From Entomortierella parvispora E1425 (Eukaryota > Fungi > Mortierellomycota), in contig BQFW01000001.1 of the NCBI GenBank assembly GCA_020891255.1, forward strand, positions 744,001 through 808,000: a DNA stretch of 64,000 nt, in the 5' to 3' direction. The translations under genes and the position numbers were made by a program. The stretch's first letter is position 1. Every line of letters begins with the position of its first letter. Below, one piece after another: positions 1-12,862 of this stretch. The notes under the pieces were generated by a model. The model was not told where the DNA came from and searched no databases. It worked only from the letters and a program-made list of their open reading frames with translations.

Positions 1-3000
1 GCCGCCAGAGGAAGGTCGCCTCTCTTCATCTTGGACGACGTGAAGGCCGAAATGACTGATTCCGCCAATTTCGTCTCTGCCCCTGCTTGCTGATTTTGTG
101 TTTTGTTTTTCATGCTCGCGCCGATTAATCGCTCGGCTGCCTGTCGCAATGTGATGGTGGGAGCGGGTTCGCCTTTTGCGCCACGCTGTTTCAAGAGTCG
201 AGCGTTACCGGCGCCTAGGTCAGTGACGCCCTCGATGCAGGTGTCGTTGGCCACTAACTTTCCATAAGCCGAGGTCCAAACCAATACAACCCTTCGCAAG
301 GGTTCCTGCTTCTTGTCCTTCTCAAAGGTTCCTGAACGCGTTTCCTGACTCGAGGTGAGTGTTGAATCCACAGCTGGAGTTGGTTCTGGATTTTCAAGGA
401 CACGCCAGGTGCTGACACTCATATCCTCACATCCCAAGCTAAAGCTGGTGCCCTCAAAAGTCGGATCCACATCCAGGCACGTCACTCGACCTGGCAATTT
501 GTCCAGTACCGCCAGCGCCTGACCTGTTCGACTGCACCATACACGTGCAGAACTCTTCGCCATGTCACCGCCCGCTGAAATAATCCTTTCTCCATCAGGC
601 GTAAAGGCAACACCGGTAACACTTCCACTATCGCCACACACGGAAAACCTCTGTTTGCCTGTTTCAACGTCCCAGACTTGGATATTCTGTCTAGAAACGT
701 TGGATGCGATTTGTTTCCCATCAGGCGAGAACACAACAGACACCGTGCCATAATGCGTCGCCATTGTCGTCACAGCCTGTCCAGTCTTGGGATCCCACAG
801 TCGGCATGTCTTGTCCTCGCCAGCTGATGCCAACAGTCGTCCATCGGGGGAATAGACGACACTCATAGCTCTATCGGTATGCCCCTTCAATATGAATTGA
901 CATTCGCCAGTGCGTGGGTCCCAGAGTCGGATTGTATGATCGTTTGATGAGGATGCGATTTGATTCCCTGATGGTGAAAAGACGACACTTCTTAACGCGT
1001 CCACGTCGTTCAAGATCCGAACCAGCGTACCACGGTGTCGGTCCCACAAACGAAGCGTCCTGTCATAACTAGCCGAGACGACCAGATTGCCATCGGGTGA
1101 ATAGGCAACGTCCACGACCGCTTTTGTGTGGCCCTCCAAAACAAACTTGCACCGGCCAGCTGCAAGGTCATGCAATCGCACAGTTCCATCGTCACCGCAA
1201 GTGGCTGCCTCAAATCCAGTAGGGGCATGAGCCCAGCGGTGTATCTTCTCCCTGTGTCCAGTTTTGACTTCAATGGACTCACCAGTCATCTTATCCCATA
1301 GTCTAATACTCGAATCGGGACTCACAGAACCCACCATTTGACTTCCTGAAAGATATGACAAATGTAGAGGCGGTTGGGTATGGCCATCTCGGGCAGGAGC
1401 CGACTTTGCACTTCGGGCGTCCCAAAGGCGAATGGCCTTGTCTCGACCTGAAGATGCCAGCTGGAGACCGTTGGGGTGATATGCGATTCCATGAACAGCG
1501 ACATTGTGACCTTGAAGGGTTGCGATGTTGACACCAGTCTGTGCGTCCCACTGTCGCACAGTAAAGTCCCAACTGCTTGTGGCGACTTGGAGAGAGTCGG
1601 GTGAGAAGGCGATGGCGCGGACTACCTTAAAGTGTCCCTTCAAAATTGGCCCCGGTGCTCCTGTTTCCGCATCCCAAAGTCGCGCTGTCATGTCCTTGCT
1701 GGTGGTGGCGATCTGAAGTCCATTGGGTGAATATTCTATGGACGTAATGTCGGCTGTGTGTCCTTCCAAGGTGTAGAGGCACCGGCCACTGGCCACATCC
1801 CATATTCTTGCGGTACCATCCATACTTGCAGACGCAACCCGATCACCGGACCGAGAGAACTTGGTCATGACCACACTTTCAGTATGGCCACTGAGAACAT
1901 ATACACATTCTCCTGTCCTAGTGTCCCAAAGGCGTACGTTTTTGTCGTCGCAAGAGGATACTAGCAATTTTCCATCGGGCGAGAAGGCGACATGGGAAAC
2001 AGTTTTCCCTTCAAAGTAGTCGTCCGCCTCGGGATCCTTCTTCACATGAAGTAACACATGGACCTCCTTGTTTGTGTTGGGATTGTAGATCCTGACGGTG
2101 GAATCCTCACTGCAGGAAGCGACTAGATCTCCATCAGGCGAGAATGCAACTTCGTTGACATTATCGGAATGTGTTGTCCAGAATCCCCTGACTTTACCAG
2201 ACTGAACTTCATACACTCGCACACTCTTTTCATAGGTTCCGCAAGCCAGAAGCGAGTCATCCATGGAAAACTCAAGACCCATGATATCGTCTTCCTCGCC
2301 AAAGTCCTGATTGAGGGAAAGAAGTTTCTCCCATGTGAGGGTGTCGTAAATGTTGATACCATTGGGCCCGGATGTCACCGCAGCAAGCTTGGATCCATCA
2401 TGAGAATATCGAAAAACGAGTCCTATATCGGCATTCTCATCTTTCAATGTTGGCCACTCTCCAAACTGTGCCCGAGTCATTTTCGCTCCCGTAAAATCCG
2501 ATTGTCGAAGCCAGGCGCCTCGGAAATTGACCTTTCTCAAATCAGCACCTTGTAGTTGCACAGAGTCGAACACACCGTTCGTTAGATCCGCTCCCGGAAT
2601 CTGGGCACCTCGAAGATCCATTCCTGAGAATCCATAACCGGCGCGAACCAAAATTGAAACTGCATTGGTTGCCGCAATACGCCACTTCTTGTCCAACTTT
2701 GAATATTCTAGGTAACCGAGCAATTGGTCCTTGAAGGCCGGTTCGGGATGCACACGCTCAGCCAGAAACTGAAGAACTGAGATATCCTTGATAAAGCTCC
2801 TTTTGACAAGAAGCGAGTCCGGATCAGGTCCCTGTGAGGTTTTTGCCTTTGTTTCTTCCTGCGCTGTAATTTCTGGATCCTCGAAACTGAATATAGAGCT
2901 AATGCTGTTGCGCCGTTTCTTTTCGGGTTCTGCCGTTTCCAACTTGAAACCCGCCTTCTTTTGAGGTTCATAAATGGCTCGACTGACCCCATACTCTAGG

Positions 3001-6000
3001 ATAGACCGATGGATAAATCCAAAGCGTCCTCCATTGCGGGTCATAGGGATCGCCTTCCTCAGCAAACGAATCTCATCGTCCTTCCGTCCAAAGAATCGCT
3101 CCTTCCACGTTTGGACATCGCGGGCCTTGGAATATTCAACCACAGGGTTTCCGTGGTGCTCCTTGTAGATAGCCGCAGACAGATCTCGCAGATACGCTAG
3201 ACCCTGTTGAGTGAACCCATCATCAGAAAGACTCTCAAACGCCTCCTTCTCCTGGTCGGTCAAGTCTTGAACCGCCATACGCTTCTTGTTTCGTTCCAGC
3301 CACTGAGCCACGAACTCGTCATACAGAACCACTCTGGTAATTTTGTTGGCGGCGAGCTTTTGACCAGGATCTGTAAGGCGTGGCAAGACCTCCAATGATA
3401 GCGTCAATAGGAAAGGGTTCTTGACGAGCTCCTGCAGACTTGGAATCTGATCAAGAACACCCTCGTAATCAGATGCCTCCCACAAAGGACGTTTGATAGA
3501 GACGTACATGGCAATGTACTCTTTGATCTGAGGTATCGAAAATGGCACTAGCACGGCTTGCATGAGCAGATCAGGGTCTGAAGGGCTTGAACGCGCGGGC
3601 TGGAAAAGGTCACGGTAATCCAGGCCAAGATGCTCACTACGACAGCTGATCACCATCTGAGCCTTCCATCCTCCGTCCTTGTTTAGTCCATTCGATTCGT
3701 AAAGGTTTTGTGTCTGTTGACTCTCATCATAGCCGTCGCAGATGATGACGAATTCACGATCCTTGAGCTCTCGGATTTGCGACTCTGAAAACTCACTGAT
3801 GCGAAGGTGCTTGGCGATAAGGTCCTTCTCTGGTCTGTCAATTGAAGGTAAACTGATCAAGAGAGGAATTCGTCCAGTCTTGGGCTTGTACGCCTTCCAG
3901 AGCTTGAGATCCAGCTCCCGATTGAAGGTGGTTTTTCCCACTCCTGAATCACCGAGGAGTAAAAGCACTTTGAGGTCGCTCTCCAAGAACTCGTCGACTA
4001 CAGGGATAAGCTTGAACAGAGCGTCATCGCTTGCCTGCAAACTAGCCTTGGCAAGGGGGGGAACATACACCGTGCCTCCTCGTTCCTTTATCCGTTGTCG
4101 AGCAATCCGTCGAAGATCAGCTTCGACAACTGTCTTTTTTTGGACACGGTCCAACAAAGATGGGGATGCGAGCTCTGGGAGCCCAGACTTTAGAAGATGA
4201 GTGCTCTTTTCCGCTCCGATGCATTTCCTGTAAATATCCAGCTTGGCAGGGTCTCCTTCTGTCTCAAGTTCTTTAAAGAGGGTTCCTGCATCTGCAAGAT
4301 GTAAAACGATGTTAGCCAGAATAAGGAAAGAATATCCAACACATATCCTTCATGAATATGTACCTGGCAAACTATCTGGAGAAGGCGCAGCCAGTTGCTT
4401 GAGGATATCCAAGATGTATTCCTTGATCTGAGGGAGAGTGCCCCAGGAAAGGTCGTTGCGGTAAATTTCTCCAAGGAATCGAACTGCCCCTTGCCGTGTC
4501 TCGATACCCCAGAGTGGACTAGCAGCAAGATTACCCAAGCGCTGGCAGATTCCCCACTGGAATGCAAGCTCAAGTCGACAAGGCGCTTCACATACTAGAG
4601 TCTTGAATTTGGCCAGCTCACCTCCCTCGATCAAGGTATCAGCACCGCGCAAGGCAGAGTACCATGCGCGCTTGCGATTGAAAGTAAGGCCTTCCTTCAA
4701 GCTGTCCATCAAATCCTGCTCGCCTTCGTAAACAGCACTCACGCCTTCGTACGCCGTTTTGGCGAGCTCAAAGACCTGCTGCATGCCCTCGAATCCTTCC
4801 TGAATGCTCAGAAGACCATCCATGAATCCACTCAAGTCGAGTCCCTTGACGGCACTGACTAATCCAGAGATGCCCTTAACTACCTTGGTTGTGCGTCTGA
4901 CAGTGGCCTGCCAAGGAGATTCGTCGTCAGGGACACACAACAGTGCTTGAAAGGCGTAGGAGGCGTAATACTTTAGATGCAAGTCACTGCTTCCTTGAAG
5001 ACCTCCCAGGAACGCCAGCAGCGGCTCGTGCATTTCTACGCGCTTCAGTCCAGTTACTTTGGTGTCTGCCATGGAGTCAAGAACAGCGCAAACGGCGACC
5101 GTGAGTTCAAAGATCTGGTCCTGTGACTGGGAATGAGTTGCTTGAAGACGACTGCTTACAGGCCCCAAGACCTCAATCAGATCCTGCGCCTTGAGGTGAC
5201 CTGGGAAGGCATTCCGAAGCAGCTGGGCCAATCCTCTGAGAGCGCCAATGTCGAGAATCGGTGATCCGTTTACGTTGTTAAGGAACTGACGAAGCAAGAA
5301 CCGAAAGTCATCTTCATCGAGGACTGGAACAAGACAGAGGACCTCAGTAATAGCCTTCTTGTCCTTGATCTCATCGCCAGTGAATGCTCGAATAAGGTCA
5401 GTTGCTAGTGTATCCAGTCTGGCTCGCTCTTCCTCGCTCTTTTCAGTCTCCAGCAGCCATTTCCATGCAGTGGGATCGAGTGTATCCTCGGGTAAATTAG
5501 CAGAGCCTTGCCTCAGTAAACCGAGGCAGGAAACTAGCTGAGGGGTATCCTCTACTCGACTGTCAGGTGCAGGGAATGTCCATGATAACGAGAGCGGGCG
5601 GACATCGTCCGGAAAGATACTTTCAGACACAGTGGCCGCCTCGACAGTTTTGCCTTTCTTCTTGGGTGGTGGAGATGCTATTGTTTTCTGTGCGCCCGGT
5701 CCACTACAATGCAGCCAGCAAACACCATCAGCATTCAGTTGTCAAATGTTGCGACTCTGTTTCTGTCCCCGTTTATATTTTCTTACCCCCACTTGTCTGC
5801 TTTTTTGCGACTGGCTAGAACCCTGTCTGGCTGCCCAAGATCGGCCATCAAGTTGGCGTGGTCGAGGTATGCTTCTGCGATGCCTTCCCGGAGCTCCTTT
5901 TCAGTGTCATTTTTGACATTGGCTGGTGGGGTCCTCTTCACAGACTTTTTCATATGTTCCAGCAACGAGTCGGCGTACTCACAAAGCACAAGTTGAATCT

Positions 6001-6097
6001 CGGGATCCTTGCTGTCACGAGCATTCTTGAGGTGAAACTGGATGAGTCCGAGAGACTTTGACGGCGAGAGCGCGTGCTTGGCGCTGTGCTCAAACAT
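1..6097 (-). CDS. NLR-like protein: helical/ARM-like N-terminus + NACHT-type P-loop NTPase + pentapeptide repeats + ~14-16 WD40 repeats; 3' end beyond the window
   Basis: Exons 6097-5787, 5703-4364 and 4291-<1 join in frame through GT-AG introns. Walker A GDSGVGKT at 3953-3930 and Walker B IICDGYDE. Pentapeptide stretch MDLRGAQIPGADLTNGVFDSVQLQGADLRKVNFRGAW at ~2630-2480. Many GH...FSPDG...LWD repeats from ~2400 to ~350. The last exon has no stop before base 1, which explains its absence from the ORF track. Confidence 0.92.
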
Positions 6098-7583
6098 GGG
6101 TTGTCCGAACTTTCTTCAGTCACCAGAAAAAAAAAGAAAAGGGGGTTGTTGGGCGTGAAGTTTCTAGGCTTTGGCGGTTGAGGAACTGTACGTATTCTGG
6201 AATGAACGAAATGCACGCGTCGAATGCGGAAGAATGAGGAATGCCTGCAGTCTTGATGTCGATGCAACCTACCTTTTCACGCCAATGCTTTTAATGATGG
6301 GTGACAGTGATTCTAGCGGGATGTAGATGAGGAGAGGAGAGATGGAATGGAAATGCCCAGATGGACTTTGTTCAGAGGAAATTGAGGCGGTGCAATGTTG
6401 AGAGCAATATCCATGGGTAATGATGTGGTCCACGGAGTGCATGTAGCCTAGACCCAGGGCCTTTCGGGAGGAGGCCCACGTTGCGACCGTTCGAGGACGC
6501 GACAAGAGTCGGCGCGTAAACAGTCAAGTTTGGTAGCAGTGCTCATTTTGAAGCAAAGGATGTTGAGCGATTCAAAGCCAGCACAGTTGAGCAGGGAATG
6601 AGTGACCTTGGTTCCTCAAGGTGATGAGTTCCAGAAGAAAATCATAGAAGGGTACTTGATGACGATCAATGAGCTCGAATACACTCTTGTCTTGAGGCAT
6701 ACTCTCTTTATTTTCAAGGGCCAATAGTTTCTGGTTGCAATTGCTCGCACTCCTAGATGCAAAACAGGCAGATCTGAGTCCCACTGTCGAGAGACTTTGA
6801 CTCGGTAATGAAGTCGCATAGCGTAGACACGAGAAGTTGCAGTTGTAATCCCATCTTCAGAAGCGCGTCGCCCTCATTTGGATAGACAATCGACTAAGGA
6901 GGGAGGTAGAGAGATCAATCGAGACGACCAACTGTCCTTGTCCTTGATGTGTTTAGCACTTCGCACACCAACCCTTCCAGGCACCCTCTGTAAGGAAGAT
7001 GTAGATGTGGGCCGCTGGCCCTGTTATTCCTAGATAAACTACATTTCATTCATGGCTATGATAAAGCAACCATGCCTCCTACTTCCTGAAGACCATCACT
7101 CTCTTTTTTCCTTTGGTACTCATCTCATGAGCCAAGGGTGAAAATTACTTAAAGAAAAACGCGTGTTCACGGTGAATGATGCATCAGCGCAGACACCATC
7201 GATCCAAACTACTTCGTCCCTGGCGTATCTCTCTCCGCGTTTGGTTCATTTCCTAGATGTGCCAACGTTTGTAGAGCTACCGGCATCAATTGACCCGCTT
7301 TTGTTGACGCAATGCCAGTGAACAAGTTTGTCAGGTGTGTGTACAAGCAACAGGGGAGGGCGTAGAAAAGAACAAGAGTCGATTGCAAAAAGCACTCGCT
7401 CGTCTGTCCACAACCTTTCGTGCTTTGCCACCATAGCCGTTTGTCCTGGGTTTCTCCTCTGCGGGTGAGAGCGCCCGTTTCCCCCCACTTCTTTTGTTTT
7501 TTCCCCTCGATTTTCGATTTTTGCTCTCTTTCCTCTCTTCAAATCCTCCTCCCTCCCTTGTTTCTTCCATCCCTACTTATTCA

Positions 7584-8361
7584 ATGTCGATTGACCTTAT
7601 CAAGAGCCGTGCTGCTCAGCACTGGCCACGAGTCTTTATTGGACTCATCTCACTCTGGGGACTTTACGGTGGAATCTCTGCCCTCTGGCTCGGCGTGCAA
7701 CTCAACCGCCCCCTCCAGGGCAACCACAAGGGTCTGGCTTTTACTGGTAACGACCTTACCCTATCGTCTTGGCTCTGAAAGAAAGAAGGTCAATGCTTTC
7801 CCTTCAGCAACTAACGTTGACGGCTGCGCTCTGTCTTTTCCCTTGACCAACTTTATCAAAACCATAACCATTCATCCACACCCGCCACACACCGAAACAC
7901 ACACAAACACAAATCCTCCTCTCCCGGCCATAGTGTTTGGCGATTCTGGACTTGGCCCCGAAGAGGAGGACCGCATGATCAAGATAAGTCTCATCACCGT
8001 CGGTGTCATCTCTACCCTCGTCAACGGCATTGGCCTCTATGCCTCGGTCCGAAAGTCTATCTGGGCCACCAAGACCTCGTTGGTATTCTGGATCATTCAA
8101 ATCGGCTGGCTTATCCTCGCCACTATCCTCTTCATTATTGCTGTCCTGAGCATGTCTGATAAGGACCGCGAGCAGCTGCCAAAGCTCTCGGCCAGGCAAT
8201 GGTTCAGTGCCTTCTTTGATATCGCCTTCAGCTTCTTGCATGGTTGGGCTCTGCTGGTCTTCTTGAGAGATCTCAAGCAGCGCCCACGCAATGCCTGGGG
8301 CCGACTCGTCAGAACTGGAGGTGTCTTTGAGTACGAGCCCATTGCGCAACTTCAGATTTAA
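7584..8361 (+). CDS. Small ~4-TM membrane protein (191 aa), function unknown
   Basis: ATG at 7584 (MSIDLIKSRAAQHWPRVFIGLISLWGLYGG). Intron 7732-7933 (GT..AG) joins in frame to ...ISLITVGVISTLVNGIGLYAS...QLQI*. Four hydrophobic segments. Confidence 0.75.
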
Positions 8362-8514
8362 AAGAGAAAGTGAGACCTTCTAGCTTCAGTTGGGTAATAA
8401 AAGCAGAAATCATCAGAGAACCTGCTGAAAAAAAAGGGTGCTTGCGGCGACATGGATCGTAAGGCGGAGCAAAAATGGTGGGTCTTGGCGCCCAAAAGAA
8501 AATAGCAAAAGAAA

Positions 8515-8587
8515 TGCTCACTGCAGGGATCGAACCTGCGGCCTTTGCGTTATTAGCACAACGCTCTACCGACTAAGCTAAGCGAGC
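8515..8587 (-). tRNA. tRNA-Ile (AAT)
   Basis: GCTCGCT/AGTGAGC acceptor stem, TAGC-TTAGTCGGTA-GAGC D arm, TTGTG-CT-AAT-AA-CGCAA anticodon arm, GGTTCGATCC T loop; 73 nt, no intron, no encoded CCA. Confidence 0.96.
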
Positions 8588-8826
8588 AGCTACTTGTTGA
8601 GACACAGATTATTAAAATATTTATTAATGTAAAATTTAATCGCTTAAGGGTATATACTATGTACTCGCTGGTTTGCAAGCAGGGTCTTTTCATTCAAAAA
8701 CGTTTTTTCTTATGATATACATACACGATATACACTTCCAAAAACACAAACACTCATTTTCAACACGCCTACCCGATTCAATGGATCCTGATGATTATTA
8801 TTCAAAGTTGGCCCTTCAAATGGACC

Positions 8827-10829
8827 TTATTCATCATCAGAATCATCGAGCAAAATCGCCCTCCTGCCAGGTTTTCTCCGTGTCTGAGTGCTGAGCTGCT
8901 CCTGCTGTTCGTCATCCTCGTCATCCACAAGCAGCCTCTGTCGAAGCTGTGATGATCGCGCAGAGAAATCCGTAGAGTCCATATTATTGTCCTGTGCCTG
9001 GATCTTTCCATCCGCTGCAACGACCATCATAGCCGTATCTTTTGTGTCTGCGACTCCTGCATCCAAAGTAGCCGCGACCGCAGTGGCCGTCGAGACAACA
9101 GGGTCTGCATCCCGGTTCATCAGCCTCAGAGCTCGGTTGGTGAAGAGTGGCGCATCCTCCTCATGTTCTTCTTCCTCTTCTTCCTCGACTTCGCTGTCAT
9201 AGTTATCCAGATCAATCTCATTCTTGCCTGTGACGGTATCGGCCTTGGCCGCCATCTCTTCATCTTTCGTTGATGTGTGCGCAGGAAAAGATCGGCGACG
9301 GACGGCTTCCAAATTGGATTTAGAAGGTCCTTGGTTCATGTCGGCGCGTATCCTTGCCATTCTCCTCTCAAACTCGGCCTCATCTTCAGCTTCCTCATCC
9401 GACATGTCCATGCGCATGGCCGCAGAAACGCTATAACCTGGAATGACCTTGGGTGCCCTGGCCGCCTTCGTCTTTTCTTTTGAGACCCGTGATCGTAATT
9501 GTTCCTGTGTAAGCAAAGGTCGCGCCGATTCCGACCCTGAACCAGATTCCTTGTTTGATATTTGTCTTGTAGCAGAAGACGCATCACCAAAAGGGGAAGA
9601 GGAAGAGTTGCCTCTGAAATCGTTGCTGCCACCAGCTTCCGTCTGTATCCTCTCACCGTCATGACTGCTGCCGAGACTATTCCAAATGGCTTCCTGCATA
9701 GTTCCATCTTCCATCTCTTGCGCCTTGCGTTGCTCCTCCTCTGCCCGCTCCTTCTCTTCTTTCTTTTGCTCCCAGTAGGCATCTCGCCATCCGTTGAATG
9801 TAGACTAGAGTGATAAGATATAGCGAGAAAAAAGATCGTTATTAGTCAAGCACCTCAAGCATCCCCTTGCGTTCATACATAGGAAAAAACCGCTCAAAAT
9901 CGTACCCTAATCTGCTTGTCGTTTTTACACTTGGATTCCGCCTGTGTGATAAAGTCTCCAAAAGTTGCCTTGGGGAACAAATTGTGTGCCCACGTCTGGT
10001 ATACTCGCATCAAATCAGTCATATTTGCTTTCTAATTGTTGATAAGAGGTCAAAGAAATTCCCATTGTGAGAAAATATACCCCTTCGACAGGATCTCAAG
10101 CTGCTGGTAGTCTTGGATCTTCATGTTCTTTTTTTTGCTGCAGCCACCACTTACGACGTTGGCGTTCTTTTCGGCAGTGTTGCTGTACTTTTGTCGAATC
10201 TTCAGTCCTTTGCCTTGAGTGAGCAGTGCCGGGAATCCTCTGGGGCCCAGTAACCTGTGATCAACAAGAGAGAAAAGTAAATATTTGTGTAAATGAAGCG
10301 ACCGAGCGGAAGATCACGGTCTCTTTGTCGTTCAACCTTCAACCCTGATCTCTTACTTTTCAGCGTCCAGTTTCACAATCTTGACTCGTTCCTTGACCTT
10401 CTTTATATCCAAGTCTCCCAGACCACCAGTATCGCCTCCTGCTGCTCCATTCGATCGACTCCCGCCAGCTCCACCTTTTCTTTGCCACTGACCACTTTTG
10501 GCCGCTTGCTGCTGCTGTTGCTGTTGTTGTTGTTGACGTTGTTGAGCCTGCGCTTGAACGGCTTGCTCATGTTCACGTTGTTGTTGATTCAACATGCCAA
10601 TGAAATCAAGCTGGGCTGGTAAATCATCTGCTCTGGATGAGCTTCCCATCCATGACGACGTTCTTGCGCCCGGATTGGATGCAGCACCAGTAGCAGCGGA
10701 GCCAGATGTGGAGGCGGCGACGGCTTGCTGCATTTCGTGCGCCTCGGCCTCGCGCATCATCTGGTCCTCGTAATCTTCATAGTCGTCAAAACGCTCGAAG
10801 GGTTCGTCTTCAAGTGGAATGTTGTCCAT
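8827..10829 (-). CDS. CSM3: Replication fork protection complex subunit Csm3/Swi3/TIPIN homologue
   Basis: Exons 10829-10357, 10254-10155, 10031-9906 and 9804-8827. Swi3-domain motifs VKLDAEKLLGPRGFPAL and DLMRVYQTWAHNLFPKATFGDFI; acidic disordered termini. Confidence 0.85.
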
Positions 10830-11002
10830 GGTGCAGTGGATGGGGATACAAGCCTGAAGAGATTGGATGTGTTGGTGATGTAAGAAGTGAACAAAGAGAC
10901 AGGTTACAAAAGAGGGGGGAGTCTGAACGAAGGGACACGCGTGGAGTCGCGTTTTGTGTTTGTTTTCTGCTTTTTTTAATTTAAAAAAATGGTGACTGCG
11001 AT

Positions 11003-12358
11003 TTATGCTGCTGTCGTCTCTGACTCTGCCGGGGTTTCGGGTGCAGCGGCGGTCGCCTTTTGAGCAGCCAGCTGCCAGGCAGGGATGGAGGCCTTTGTGT
11101 TCAAGAAGTTCATGGCTGCATCATCCGACTTTGGTGTAGAGACACCCTGGGATGCGGCAGCGGCGGCGGGGGCAGTGGAGGAGGCGGCAGAAGAGCCAGC
11201 TCCGGTATATGATCCAGCGTTCCAGGGAAGGGGGGTTGAAGAAGGGGAGCCGGCCGTAGGTCCAGCACCGGGAGCGCGACGGTTCAACAATAAGCTCTTC
11301 AAAGACTTGATCTCGGTCTGAAGCTCGTTCAAAGTGTTGGCCTGTGATTCCTTGTTCTTTTCCATAAGCTGTGGTAATAGAGTACAAGAAATGGAGATCC
11401 GATCAGCACATGTTCTCAAGAGCTGGTCTGGGTAGCATTGTAATTTAAGAATGAACAGCAATGCCGTACCTTGGGGATCATGGTCTTGATGTTTTCAATA
11501 TCAGTCTTGAGTCCCAAGAGTTCTTGCTCTCTCTTGTCATCGTTCGTCTTCATGCCATCAAGAACTCCGGTCATGCCCTCAAGGGACTCCTTGACATGTG
11601 CAGTTTGATCTTCGACGTTCTTGGCGACAAGAGTGGTTGATTCCTTGACCTCGCCCAAGCTCTTTTCGATCTCCTCAAACTGCTCGTCCAACTTCTTCTT
11701 GTCCATCTCCAAATCTTCTTGTGAAGGCCATTGAAGTTTGGGACCAACAACTTTCTGTTCGTGGCAACATAAGAAAGATCACAAAGGCAGAGGATTTTGC
11801 GTTAGATCAATGGGGAGCTTCAGAAAGAACAGCAATGCCCAAAAGGAAGACGATCGGTGGTGTGGTGCGCGGTGCGGGGAAGCAACCGCCCGTAAAGTTT
11901 CAAATCCGGCCGGAGGAGGAATTCAAAAAAGTGGAGACGACAGAATGATATCCGCCAGATCAATGGTACACGAAAGAGTGAACAGGGTGCTCAACGGTCC
12001 TTACCTTTGCGACCTGCCACATGCCGTAACTGAAGCCTCCTGCGACAACAGCAGCAATGAACATGTCCTTCCAGTCGTATTTTGGTGGCAATGGGGGAGG
12101 TGCCATCATAACTTGTCCATTAGGGTATGGCATCATGGCTTGTCCTTGTGGTCCCGCAGGTACTGCTGCTCCTGCGGCTGAAGCTGCTGCTGGTGAAGAG
12201 GTACCGTTGGCTCTGGCCATGGCTTCCTCGATTTCCTGCGAGGTCAGGCCCTTGGACTCCAAGAAAGCGACCTTTTTACCCAGGGACGAAGCCTGGACGT
12301 TGGGGTCCTGCAAGAACTTTACGGCAGAAGCCAAGATGTCTTCTCGCATTCCAGACAT
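11003..12358 (-). CDS. PEX14: Peroxisomal membrane anchor/docking protein Pex14
   Basis: N-terminus MREDILASAVKFLQDPNVQASSLGKKVAFLESKGLTSQEIEEA, then WKDMFIAAVVAGG, coiled coil and IPAWQL. Exons 12358-12005, 11754-11470 and 11368-11003. Confidence 0.95.
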
Positions 12359-12862
12359 TTGATGAGTGTGTGTGTATAAGAGGATGGGGTAAAATAGAGA
12401 GAAGAGGTGATGAAGAAACGAAAGGAAGAAAGACGGGAGAAGGGATGGATGGACAGATGGAAGAAGGAAGAGAACAGCGCAGAAAGTGACAGCAAAAGCA
12501 TATGTGAGTGAGAAGAGGTCTTCTGGCTGACCAGTAGTCCACTCCCAGCCGAGGCCGTCGTGGAGAGAGACCACTCGGTTTCCTGCACGGGCAATTTAGC
12601 CTTTGGGTCGATCTGCGGCGGATCCGATTCCAGGGCAATTTTTCTGTTGTCATGTGATTCTTGGAGACGTGTAGCAATTGCGTTCATATAAAATACAGTG
12701 ACACTTCAAAATCTGAATCGTTTCCCCCGCCCTTGCCCTTGACGAGACGCGTACTTGCCAAAGCTGGGACAGTCAGCCAGAAAACGTGCATGCAACAGCG
12801 CGACCAACCTTTTCTTCTTCATTCACAAGTTCATCCCCCCCCCACAGCACATCACTACCACA

